Below, in pieces: positions 1 to 10,790 of a stretch of 35,710 nt of DNA (positions within the stretch are counted from its first letter, which is position 1; every line of letters starts with the position of its first letter). The stretch comes from Octopus bimaculoides (Eukaryota). Both the position numbers and the translations under genes were made by a program. The stretch is from the NCBI RefSeq assembly GCF_001194135.2, contig NC_069003.1, positions 13,036,110 through 13,071,819 on the forward strand. The letters run 5' to 3'. The notes beneath the pieces were generated by a model, which was given only the letters and a program-made list of their open reading frames with translations, did no database searches and was not told the origin of the DNA.

Positions 1-775
1 GAAACACGTGTAATCTTTTTATTATATTTATCTTATGATATTTACTTTACTTTCTATTATACTCATTTATTGTGCTTTTAATTATTAATTTTTCTATATG
101 TGATAGTGGATTTTCATCGGTGAGTTCTTGAAAATTGGTTATTTTCCCTAAAACTATATATTTTATATATACTTTATCTATAAGGCTCAATTTAATTTTA
201 ATTTTTTATAAATTGATTTTAATTGAGTTTTTTTACCTGTAATTTTGGATTTTGTCCCTAATATATATATATATATATATATCCCAAATCCATTCACAAG
301 GCTTTGGTCAGCTCGAGGATATAGTAGAAGACTCTTGCCCAAGGTGCAATGCAGTGGGTCTGAACCCAGAACCATGTTGTTAGGAAGCAAGCTTCTTACC
401 ACACAGTCACGCCTGCACCTACATATATTTTATCATTGAGTTTATTTTACTTCATTTTTGGATTATTTTGCCACTTTTTTAAAGATTTTAAGCAAATATT
501 TTCTTCTCTCTTTTGGATCGAAAGTCAGAGGTAAATGAATGCTATTTCCACATATCACAACAATCAGATAAGCTTGTGTCACATTTCTTTTAAACTTCTT
601 CTCTAACAGACACTTCCATCTCATTCTCTTTTTTTTATTCTTTTTTTTCAGTTTATATCATAACAATCATCATTAACAACTATTATTCATGCTTTCAGAA
701 TTACTTCAAAAATTTCCTTCAGTACATCAAAGGAAATTAGATATATCTTGAAAAACATGCATACAAATGTAAAAG

Positions 776-1120
776 TTAACAAATTTTGTACAAGAATGCT
801 CTAAATTTTTTCCACAGAGCCAGTATTGCTATTTTCTTGAACAAGTCCATGTCCGTTTTCACAGGTAATCTGCCGATGTCTTTACATAAATGGTTGTGTA
901 CCTTTCCAGTTGTATTAAATACAAATGACAGACATATATTTTAACAGGAATACCATTAATTTCACAGATGAGTTAGTTGGAGGAATTCTTTCACCAATCA
1001 GCTTCTTTCTATGCAATGTTACAGTCATTTGGTACAGCAATGTCAATTCCTAAATTACACATTTTGCTTTCATGGAAAATTATGTCAGCCATATTATATA
1101 TACTATCTGGTCATCTCTTG
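776..1120 (-). mobile_element. Decayed 3' end of an RLE-type non-LTR retrotransposon (R4/Dong-like restriction-like endonuclease region)
   Basis: Manual translation gives KR*PD...DIIFHESKMCNLGIDIAVPNDCNIA*KEA and ICLSFVFNTTGKVHNHLCKDIGRLPVKTDMDLFKKIAILALWKKFRAFL. These resemble the RPD...IDxAVP...KE and C-terminal LQKxALL segments of RLE LINEs. Contains stops and frameshifts. Confidence 0.6.
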
Positions 1121-1347
1121 GTAAACTTATAGTTTATGGTAGATTTATATAATAAACTATGATTAAGACCACAAGCTGGTGGAGTCATTAAAGAAAAGTG
1201 CCTAACAGTATCTTCCAAATCTTTACATTGTAGGTTCAAATCCCACCATCATCAACTTTCATCCCACTGGGATTGATTAAATCAAGCATCAGTCAAGTAC
1301 GAAAGTCAATTAATCATCTAACGGCCCTTGCCCTCAAAATCAATTGC

Positions 1348-1685
1348 TTAAACCATTAACATTTAAAACAGTCTGATCAAAATAGTTTTAAGGTCAAACT
1401 GGCCAGATCCAGCCTCTCATACCTAACCTACAATGTCATCCTAAAAATAATAAACAATCATATTATTGAAAGTATTTAAACTGACCATATCTGGACAAAA
1501 TATTCCGCATCATTTATGTTCAAACTGGCCAGATCCAACCTCTTATACCTGGCCAACAATATCATTCTCAAAAAATAAAATAATCACATCGCTGATATCT
1601 CAAAGTCATAAGATAATGCAGGATTAATTCAAAACAATGTGAATAAATAACACATTTGACAGTAACCCAAATGCTAAAGGGCTAA
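1348..1685. mobile_element. piggyBac-like (TTAA) MITE with an internal tandem duplication
   Basis: Degenerate ends ttaaaccattaacatt ... aatgctaaagggctaa. Block aactggccagatcca...caat is duplicated internally. A related copy lies at 30418-30607. Confidence 0.5.
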
Positions 1686-2997
1686 ATTTAATTAGAAGCA
1701 TCATTATCATAATTATTATTATTATCATCATTCAATTTTTCTTATGTAAATCCCTACACATTATCTTTGTAACTGTCCTTCCTCTCATCTGTGACATTGA
1801 CAGTAAACCATCATCATTATTATTATTATCATTATTATTATTATTATAGTTAAAGGAGAAGAAGGAAAAACAGCAGGAGATAAAATTGAAAATTAGAGAC
1901 AGACAGTGAATTCGGAGACAACATTAAGAGGAGGGAAGAGAAAAGTAAAAAAGGTAGATGAGGCAGCAAAAAGTTGGAAAACAGAAGAGGATTAAAAATA
2001 TTCTAAACAACATTTCTTGAACTGAGTCAACAATTAAAAGTGGAAATTTTACTAAAGAATAGTCGTCGGCAAAATGCGGCCCTTGGGCCATGAGACTTTC
2101 TGAATGGTGTGCCTAATGAAAAATCATCTTGAATTATTCTAGTAATTTGATGATGAGCTATGTCTCGTGTAGCCCACTTCACAAAAAAGGTTTTCCATGT
2201 CTGCTATAAAACATATATATATGTGGGTATATGTGTATGTATATATATGTGTATGTATATATATGTGTATATATATATATATNNNNNNNNNNNNNNNNNN
2301 NNNNNNNNNNNNNNNNNNNNNNNNNNNNNNNNNNNNNNNNNNNNNNNNNNNNNNNNNNNNNNNNNNNNNNNNNNNNNNNNNNNNNNNNNNNNNNNNNNNN
2401 NNNNNNNNNNNNNNNNNNNNNNNNNNNNNNNNNNNNNNNNNNNNNNNNNNNNNNNNNNNNNNNNNNNNNNNNNNNNNNNNNNNNNNNNNNNNNNNNNNNN
2501 NNNNNNNNNNNNNNNNNNNNNNNNNNNNNNNNNNNNNNNNNNNNNNNNNNNNNNNNNNNNNNNNNNNNNNNNNNNNNNNNNNNNNNNNNNNNNNNNNNNN
2601 NNNNNNNNNNNNNNNNNNNNNNNNNNNNNNNNNNNNNNNNNNNNNNNNNNNNNNNNNNNNNNNNNNNNNNNGTGGGAAACTGCAGTGGGGGGAGGGGTGA
2701 TAGCGGTGGGGGGAGGGGGAGATAAATAGGAAAGTGAAAGTAGAGACGAGGTGGGGGAATAGGCAGTTTGTCTGGGGGTTTTTGTTGGGGTTTTTTTGGG
2801 GTTCTTTTTCCTGTCTTGATGAACACTAAAAAATAACAAATGACAGTGCTTGCACCAGCATGGCCACAGTCTACTGAACTGAAAGTCGATATGTAAAAGG
2901 CTGCAAACAAAACGAAGTGGCACACACATACACACACACACACACAAACACATGCACAGACACACACACATAAAACAAGGTGGAGTTTCTTCATATG

Positions 2998-3003
2998 TTT
3001 ATT
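2998..3003 (-). promoter_or_regulatory. Candidate polyadenylation signal AATAAA for HINT3
   Basis: AATAAA on the minus strand about 105 nt after the HINT3 stop. No transcript support. Confidence 0.4.
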
Positions 3004-3106
3004 TTAGGGCATCACCATCATCTCATCGTCACTGACATCGTTTTTTTCACCTCCACCATCACCATCATCATCGTCATCATCATCATCATCATCATCAGGA
3101 AACTTG

Positions 3107-3163
3107 TTAGTTTCCAGCTTGTTTTGCAGCGGAATTCTTCAGTCTGGCAAGAACCCAAACTGG
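3107..3163 (-). CDS. HINT3: HINT3 terminal coding exon, PVWVLARLKNSAAKQAGN*
   Basis: Long pyrimidine tract ctttctctttcttctcttttgcag. Phase 0 matches the preceding exon. The short helix-like tail fits HINT3 C-termini. TAA at 3109-3107. Confidence 0.8.
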   Translation of the reverse strand, partial: PVWVLARLKNSAAKQAGN

Positions 3164-3457
3164 CTGCAAAAGAGAAGAAAGAGAAAGACATTGATGAAAG
3201 AAATCGGAATTAGGTGAAGAAGGGAACAATCCAAAAAAGTATGTGTGTGTGATAATGTAAATGTACAATGGGTACAGGTATGGTTGTGTGGTCGAGAAGT
3301 TTGTTTCCCAACCCCATGGCTTCATGTTCAGTCCCACAGTGCGACACCTTGGGCAAATATCTTCTACTTACTATAGCCCAGGGCCAACCAGGTCTTGTGA
3401 GTGGATCTGGAAGAAGCCTGTCATGTGTATGTGAGTGCGCATATATTTTCAATTCTT

Positions 3458-3820
3458 TTGCTTGTTTCAATCATTAGACAGTGGCCATGCTGGGGCACCA
3501 CCTTGAAGAATTTTTAGTCAAATGAATCAATCCAGGTACTTATTTTTTTTTTTTAAACCTGGCGTTTATTTTATTAGTCTCTCTTGCTGAGCCGTTAAGT
3601 TACAGGGACATAAACAAACCAACACCAGTTGTCGAACAGTGGTGGGGCTACATACACACACACACACACACATATATATATACAATGGGCTTCTTTCAGT
3701 TTCTGTCAACCAAATCCACTTACAAAGCTTTGGTTGGCCTGAGGTTACAGAAGAAGACACATGCCCAAGCTGTCATGTGGTAAGACTGAACCCAGGACCA
3801 TGAGGTTGGGAAGGAAACTT
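3458..3820 (-). mobile_element. SINE-like family A copy in the HINT3 last intron
   Basis: tRNA-like head, central CA/TA tract and tail shared with at least 10 other copies in the window. Confidence 0.75.
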
Positions 3821-3909
3821 CTAGCTGAAATAGGGATCATAAAAGACTAAATAAGGATCCTAAAAACTGAACTTAGTCTCCAAAGATTAAACAAGATTAA
3901 ACAGGCCTG

Positions 3910-4270
3910 GCATGGCTATGTGGTAAGAAGCTTGCTTCCCAACCATATGGTTCCATGTTCAGTCCCACTGCATGGTACATTGGGCAAGTGTCTTTTACTA
4001 TAGCCTTGGGCCAACCAAAGCCTTGGATTCGGTAGATGAAAACTGAAGGAAGCCTGTCATGAGTGTGTGTGTTTTTGTCCCCCACCACCATTTTACAACT
4101 AACATTGGTGTATTGACTTCCCCGTAACTTAGCAGTTTGGCAAAAAGAGGCCAACAAAATAAGTACCAGGCTTAAAAGTAAAAAAGTTCTGGGGTCAATT
4201 CAATCCCCTAAAAATTCTTCAAGGTGGTGCCCCAGCATGGCCACAGTCTAATGACTGAAACAAGTAAAAG
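3910..4270 (+). mobile_element. SINE-like family A copy, full length
   Basis: Head gtggtaagaagcttgcttcccaaccatatggttccatgttcagtcccactg; tail cagcatggccacagtctaatgactgaaacaagtaaaag. Confidence 0.8.
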
Positions 4271-4470
4271 CTAAATACAGACGCTAAATATAAATCTTGA
4301 AGACTCAACATAAGCCGAAAACACTGAACCTAGACCCTAAAGACTAAATCAAGATCCCAAAGACTCAACTTAGATCCTAAAGACTATAGACCCTGAAGAA
4401 TAAATACAGAACCTTAAGACTAAATATAAATGTTAAAGAATAAATATAAACTGCAAATACGTAACAGACT
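4270..4470. repeat. Degenerate ~21-bp minisatellite (aagactaaa...agatcc), interrupted by the SINE at 3910-4270
   Basis: Repeated aagact(a/c)aa units here and at 3840-3900. Confidence 0.55.
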
Positions 4471-4514
4471 AAATAAATGTAGGCTCTACCGGTTAACAGT
4501 CAGCTCTAATGACT

Positions 4515-4850
4515 AAGCATAGGCTCCAAGACTAACTATAGGCCCAAAGTCAGAGGTAAATAGAAGTATAGGCTCTAAAACTTACTATATGTTCTAAGTT
4601 AGAGGTAAATAGTTATAGGTTCTAGAACTAATTATAGGCTCTATTTCAGAGGTAAATAAAGTTATAGGCTCTAAAACTAACTATAGGCTCTTAGTCGGAG
4701 GTAAGCAGTTATAGGCTGAAAAACTAACTATAGGCCCAAAGTTGGAGGTAAATAGAGTAATAAGCTCTAAAAGTATTTATAGGCCCTGGGCTGGAGGTAA
4801 ACAGTTATAGGGTCTAAAACTAACTATAGACTCAAAGTTGGAGGCTCTAA
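4515..4850. repeat. ~47-bp two-subunit minisatellite, about 7 copies
   Basis: Alternating ataggctctaaaactaact and ataggc-c-aagt-ggaggtaaa-ag subunits. Confidence 0.75.
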
Positions 4851-4860
4851 TAGTGCAGCC

Positions 4861-5090
4861 CAGTGGTTCCCAATCAGGGTCCATATGGCCCTTGAAGGTC
4901 CACATAAGATTTTGCTGTTAAAATCAGAGTACAGCAACCTGGTTTTACTTCTACAATGCACAAAATATTTTAACAATTTTTATATACAATTCATAAGAAT
5001 ATTTAATTATAAAAATATAGTGGCCGGGGCAGTAAAGTAAGATAGGAATCAAAAGGGTCTATAGGCAAAATATGATTTAAGAAGCCACTG
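4861..5090. mobile_element. hAT/Charlie-type MITE
   Basis: Ends cagtggttccc ... gaagccactg form an imperfect TIR. Internal similarity to 12340-12450 and 30850-31010. No clear TSD. Confidence 0.5.
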
Positions 5091-5166
5091 ATCTGGGAAA
5101 AACTGTGTGGATGAAAAGACAAGGGAAAAGAAACAGAAAAATATCAGAGAAAACTTGTATACTTAC

Positions 5167-5293
5167 ACTGACGAACCAAAAGGAGTTGAGTTTGAACATG
5201 GCTCGAGACAAAGATCTCATTTCTTTGAGTGGAGAAATAACGTGAAGATGGAGATGGTTAACACTGTGAAACGGGGGCCAATGAAAACCCATC
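5167..5293 (-). CDS. HINT3: HINT3 catalytic exon with the histidine triad, 127 bp, phase 2 to phase 0
   Basis: Encodes (R)MGFHWPPFHSVNHLHLHVISPLKEMRSLSRAMFKLNSFWFVS. GFHxPPF, HLHLHV and NSxWF are characteristic of HINT3. Acceptor tctctttcag; donor AGT|gtaagt. Confidence 0.95.
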
Positions 5294-5499
5294 CTGAAAG
5301 AGAGAAAATATAGAGTGGAAGGGATTACGATGACAAATTAGTTACCCTTGGATACAGAAATGACACAGTGATTTCTATTTTCTTTTTTTTTTGCTTGTGT
5401 GTGTAGGTGGAAATATCATAGCATCAAATGATGATGACTGTGATGATTATGTGTGTGTATGTGTGTGTGTATATATATATATCATCGTCATCATCATCA

Positions 5500-6062
5500 T
5501 TTAACGTCCGCTTTCCATGCTAGCATGGGTTGGATGATTTGACTGAGGACTGGTAAACCAGGCGGCGACACCAGGCTCCAATCTGATCTGGCAGAGTTTC
5601 TACAACTAGATGCCCTTCCTAACGCCAACCACTCCAAAAGTGTAGTGGGTGCTTTTACGTGCCACCAGCATGAGGGCCAGTCCAGCGGTACTGGCAACGG
5701 CCACGCTCAAATGGCGTTTTTTATGTGCCACATGCACAGGAGTCAGCCAATGTTTTGTTCACATGCCACCAGCACAAGTGCCAGTTAGGTGAAGCTGGAA
5801 ACGATCGCGCTCAAATGGTGCTTTTTACGTGCCAGTGGCACGGGAGCGAGACCACTGCTCTGGCAGTGATCCCACTTGGATGGTGCTGTTAGCGCTCCAC
5901 TGGTACGGATGCCAGTCATCAAATTTGGTTCAGTTTCAATCTCATTTGCCCCAACAGGTCTTCGCAAACTGGGTTTAGTGTCCAATGAGGGAAGGTTGGC
6001 ATGGGTGCCAGTCATCAAATTTTGTTCAATTTCAATTTCGATTTCACTTGCCTCAACAGGTC
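5500..6062. mobile_element. Interspersed repeat family C (tttaacgtccgctttccatgctagcatgggttgg...)
   Basis: The same sequence recurs at 22935-23120 and inverted at 10195-10370. Internal duplication at 5908-5962 / 6007-6063. Confidence 0.7.
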
Positions 6063-6081
6063 TTATACATACATACATATA

Positions 6082-7329
6082 TTGGGTCATCCCAAAAATA
6101 ATGTGGTCTTTTTATACTTCTTTTATTTTTCAAAATTAAGATAAACAAAGTTCTTTTTTTTATCTAAAATATACTCTCCTTCATTTTCTGCAATGCTCTT
6201 CCATCTATCTGGTAGACTTACAAGGCTCCTCTTCCAAAATTCACTTGTCCGTGACGAAAAATTCTCCTCCAGTACTGTTCTGACCTCATCTATAGAATTC
6301 ATATTTTTTCTGTCTAAATGATTTTGAAGACTGTGGCATAAACCATAATCAGATGGGACAATGTCCAGAGAATTTGGTAGGTGGGGTATCATGTGGAATG
6401 TAATTCTCAATGTATGTGGCTGGAAAAACACCTTCTGTCTTCAAACCAAAGATGGTCCTTTTTCTTCCAGCGCTGACTTAAGCCACTCAAGCTGATTGCA
6501 GTAGATCTCCTTTATCATTTGGTTTGGGTTTAAAAGTTCAAAGTGGACTAAACCTTTCATATCCCACCAAACAGCTAACAAACCCTTATGTGGGTGAAGA
6601 CATTCTTTAACCTGGGATGCCAGTGTTTCTCCTTCCCCGACTCACTCTCTCCAGCACTTGACATTTTTATAAAGAACCCATTTCTCATCATTAGTCACTA
6701 TTCAGTCCAAAAAAAGGTTCATTTGTGAGACATGACAACAAAGAAAAACATATATTCACTCTCTGCACGCGATTAGGCTCGGAACGTTTTTGAGGAACCC
6801 ATTGACTCAATTTCCTGACTTTTCCAAAGGCATGCATGTATCGATGAATGGTTGAATGATCAAATCCAAGCTTCTCTGCTAGTTCCTTAACAGTTATGAT
6901 GGGATTTTGTTCCACCAGGGTTTGCAGGATGTCCTCGTTAAGCTCTACAGATTTTCCAGGACGGGGCTCATCTTCTAGGCTGTAGTTTCCAGCTTGGAAT
7001 TTCTGGAACCACCATCGACACTGGCTTACACTTATTGTCCAATCTCCATATACTGCATTAATATTCCTCGCATTTTCCATTGCATTGTTACCTTTATTGA
7101 ACTCATAAAGCAAAATATGCTGAGTATGCATGCTTCTTTGTCACTTCCATTGTAGCTTTGAAAAACTGTTAAAATCGAACTGCACTCTTCAAAACTTGCA
7201 CTAAGAACAAGAACAAGGTAAAATTACTACCTGTTTCTACAGTTAGTTGATGCAGGTAGTTTATCCCCTCCACCTCTGACTTTTAGTTCATGCAATTGAA
7301 AAACCGCATTATTCATGGAATGAATCCAA
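6082..7329 (-). mobile_element. Near full-length decayed mariner DNA transposon with a broken transposase
   Basis: Imperfect ~30-bp TIRs (TTGGGTCATCCCAAAAATAATGTGGT vs reverse complement TTGGATTCATTCCATGAATAATGCGGT) in TA context. ORF 7131-6691 is a mariner HTH (LYEFNKG...WFQKFQAGNYSLEDEPRPGK). DEKWVLY and VWWD-like motifs follow, and ORF 6431-6123 has PHLPNSLDIVPSDY (YSPDLAPSDY-like). Confidence 0.92.
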
Positions 7330-7359
7330 AATGTATATGTATGTATGTAAGTATATATT

Positions 7360-7407
<48 letters not shown>

Positions 7408-7628
7408 TACATACACACACACACACACACACACACNNNNNNNNNNNNNNNNNNNNNNNNNNNNNNNNNNNNNNNNNNNNNNNNNNNNNNNNNNNNNNNN
7501 NNNNNNNNNNATATATATATACATATATATACAAACATATATATACATATACATACATATACACACACATCCTTATGATATGTATCAGTGTGTGTGTGTC
7601 TGTTTACATACACACACTGAAATATATA

Positions 7629-7670
<42 letters not shown>

Positions 7671-7673
7671 TAG

Positions 7674-8059
7674 ATAATATATATATGCATATATACATAC
7701 GTATATGTACATACTTACATATATACATTTGTGGGCACATGACATCACAGAACGTAAACAACATAAAATACAAAAATATGAAATACGATTACATGGAATA
7801 TGAACTTTTTTTTTTGTCATAAATTGCTCGAAATACGGATTAGAAAAACAGCTGACAACTGATGAAGGGTCGCTCATTATGATGCTTGTCTTGTTTTTCA
7901 TTTGTTTCTTTCGTTGTTCGCAAAAAAGTTCATGTTCCATGTATTCGTATTTCATATTTTCGTATTGTATGTTGTTTACGTTCTGTGACGTCCTGTGCCC
8001 ACATATGCATATGTACATATGTATATATGTACGTATGTATATATGCATATTTATATTAT
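7674..8059. repeat. Long inverted repeat (arms 7674-7811 and 7922-8059, ~110-bp spacer)
   Basis: The non-microsatellite core 7730-7811 is the reverse complement of 7922-8003 with about 6 mismatches. Confidence 0.9.
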
Positions 8060-8120
8060 TTATATTATTTATATTATTATATGATTGAACGCCACGCATC
8101 CTTTTCCAAGTATATGTGTG

Positions 8121-8169
<49 letters not shown>

Positions 8170-9324
8170 ATATATATATATTATTATGATTGACCGTTGA
8201 CTGAACACTATTCAATTTTTTTTCTCCGTGTTTTTCTCCTTGTCTCCGTATTCCTTCTGTTGAAGAGCGTAGCTCGAAACGTCAAAGACTTTCCGTATTC
8301 CCGAGCGTCATACTAATATATACTTTTGTTATTTACACCACCTNNNNNNNNNNNNNNNNNNNNNNNNNNNNNNNNNNNNNNNNNNNNNNNNNNNNNNNNN
8401 NNNNNNNNNNNNNNNNNNNNNNNNNNNNNNNNNNNNNNNNNNNNNNNNNNNNNNNNNNNNNNNNNNNNNNNNNNNNNNNNNNNNNNNNNNNNNNNNNNNN
8501 NNNNNNNNNNNNNNNNNNNNNNNNNNNNNNNNNNNNNNNNNNNNNNNNNNNNNNNNNNNNNNNNNNNNNNNNNNNNNNNNNNNNNNNNNNNNNNNNNNNN
8601 NNNNNNNNNNNNNNNNNNNNNNNNNNNNNNNNNNNNNNNNNNNNNNNNNNNNNNNNNNNNNNNNNNNNNNNNNNNNNNNNNNNNNNNNNNNNNNNNNNNN
8701 NNNNNNNNNNNNNNNNNNNNNNNNNNNNNNNNNNNNNNNNNNNNNNNNNNNNNNNNNNNNNNNNNNNNNNNNNNNNNNNNNNNNNNNNNNNNNNNNNNNN
8801 NNNNNNNNNNNNNNNNNNNNNNNNNNNNNNNNNNNNNNNNNNNNNNNNNNNNNNNNNNNNNNNNNNNNNNNNNNNNNNNNNNNNNNNNNNNNNNNNNNNN
8901 NNNNNNTGATGATGATGATGATGATGCCAGCCAACAACACTTTACAGAACAAGATGTATTTAAAGATCAAAGTGGAAGACAAGAAAAAAAAAAAAAACTC
9001 ACACAAACTTTTACTTCATGAAATCAATTAGAATAAGAAAAATAAATGTGATATTGATTATGTTGTGATTGGTTTTTGGGTGGTTGTTTATTTTTTTTTT
9101 TTTGACAGTCAGTTCAATAGTTCGATACCCTGACCTCTTGTTGGGTACACTGTTGTGACAAACCTGAGTCTGTGTGGGGGCTGCTACTACTACTACTACT
9201 AAAAAATATACTGATGCTGATGAGGGTGTGACATTGATGTTTTCCAATAAAACTCAACCACATAACCTGCCACTAAATTCTCTCAAGTTTTTCTTATCTA
9301 AATTGTGTCATATATTTGTCTAAC

Positions 9325-9488
9325 TCATTCTCTACCTACCTACCTACCTATCTATCTATCTATCTATCTATTTCTATCTATCTATCTATCTCTATCTATC
9401 TATCTATCTATCTACCCATCTATCTATCTGTCTATTTCTATCTATCTATCTATCTATTTCTATCTATCTATCTCTATCTATCTATTTC

Positions 9489-9533
<45 letters not shown>

Positions 9534-9560
9534 ATCTATTTATCGGTGTCTATCAATTTA
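9325..9560. repeat. (TCTA)n tetranucleotide microsatellite
   Basis: Direct reading; explains the YLSI/IYLS ORFs. Confidence 0.95.
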
Positions 9561-9570
9561 TCTTTCTGTG

Positions 9571-9900
9571 AAGCGACATGGCTCAGCGGTTGGTGCATCA
9601 GGTTTACAATTAACGCGGTTGAGAGTTCAAGTCCGGGACAGGGCTGTATGTTGCATTCTTGAGCAAGACACTTTATTTCACATTGTTCCAGTTCACTGAG
9701 CTATAGAAACGAGTTGCAACATCACTGGTGCCAAACTGTATCAGCCCCTTTGCCTTCCCCTTGGATAACATTGGTGGCAGGGGAGCCTCCACATACCAGT
9801 CTCCCCTCTACTGGTCTTCTACAAACAACCTTGCCCAGACATGTGCCTTAGAGAGGAACCTTCTAAGTGCAATCCTATGGTCATTCATGACCAAAGGAGG
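9571..9900 (+). mobile_element. tRNA-derived SINE family D
   Basis: Pol III A/B-box-like head (tggctcagcgg...gttcaagtcc) then ttgagcaagacactttatttc. A related copy lies at 32365-32670. Confidence 0.65.
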
Positions 9901-10394
9901 TTTTGACCCTTTATGCTTTATCTATCTACCGATTGATACCTACAGCATACATTTGGGGGTTGTTTCAAAAGGAATGCTAAAGTGGGAAGAACGTTTTTAA
10001 ATTACCCAGCGGAGCTCATTAAAATTACACACGCTCATAGAATAAATCTTTTTCTTTTTCTTCTTTGGAGGTAAATAATGGGTTCAAAGCCAAAGCACTA
10101 CACCATCATTAAATACTTGATAAAGAAATTAATAATGGTGAGGTGAAAGCATTTGAAGCCAAAAGCACCCGTAATGGCACCACATAAAAGCACCAATACT
10201 GGTGTCACATAAAAGGCACCCAGCACACTCTGTAAAGTGGTTGGCATTAGGAAGGGCATCCAGCCATAGAAACCAAGCCAAGTCAGACTGGAACCTGGTG
10301 CAGCTCTCCAGCTTGCCAGTTCTGGTCAAACTGTCCAACCCATGCCAGCATGGAAAAAAGACGTTAAAGGAGGAGGAGGAGGTGGAAATTCAAA

Positions 10395-10790
10395 TGTGTC
10401 TTTATGATCCAGAAATGAAGCCTCCTCTTTCTATGGAACAATGTCTCATACACACCTCTTCTCTAAGTCCTAAAAAGTTTAAGAACCAGCGATCAGTAGA
10501 GAAAGTCATGGGGACTGTCTTTTTGGATGACAAAGAGAATCATTCTGCTTGATTTTTCTGGAATATGGCTGTGCCATGATCATCAACACACTCAAGAAAG
10601 CTTAGAGAAGCCATTAGGAGGAAGAAACTAAACAAGAATCTGAAAGGCATCCACATTCATTCTGACAATCTCTGGCCCCAAACATCTTTGGTAACAAGCT
10701 AAGCAATCAACAAAATGGGTGGCTCGAAGGTCTCCCATCCACCCGTATAGTTCGGATCTGGTATCTTCTAACTTCCGCTTGTTTGGTCCA
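10395..10790 (+). mobile_element. Mariner transposase fragment (pseudogene)
   Basis: YDPEMKPPLSMEQCLIHTSSLSPKKFKNQRSVEKVMGTVFLDDKE and HPYSSDLVSSNFRLFGP resemble the mariner YDPE...KVMxTVFWD and HPPYSPDLAPSDFHLFGP motifs. Confidence 0.8.

Noticed and set aside
818-864. Plus-strand exon-like segment (ccacag ... CAG|gtaatc)
   Set aside because: Lies antisense within the RLE LINE remnant; most simply a chance match.
2160-2994. Long ORFs spanning N runs (also at 8326-9021, 10707-11995, 24184-24627, 25640-26883, 28202-28720)
   Set aside because: Their length comes from untranslatable N gaps and flanking microsatellites.
7826-7877. GCTCGAAA followed by CTGATGAAGGG as a type II hammerhead
   Set aside because: Both core words are present but stems I and III cannot be formed.
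8907-9021. Protein-like DDDDDDASQQHFTEQDVFKDQSGRQEKKKK
   Set aside because: Begins in a (GAT)n repeat at a gap edge and includes a poly-A run; no splice or homology support.
9571-9650. tRNA genes at SINE heads (also 32365-32440 and the family A/B heads)
   Set aside because: A/B-box-like motifs only; no full cloverleaf, and they continue into SINE bodies.
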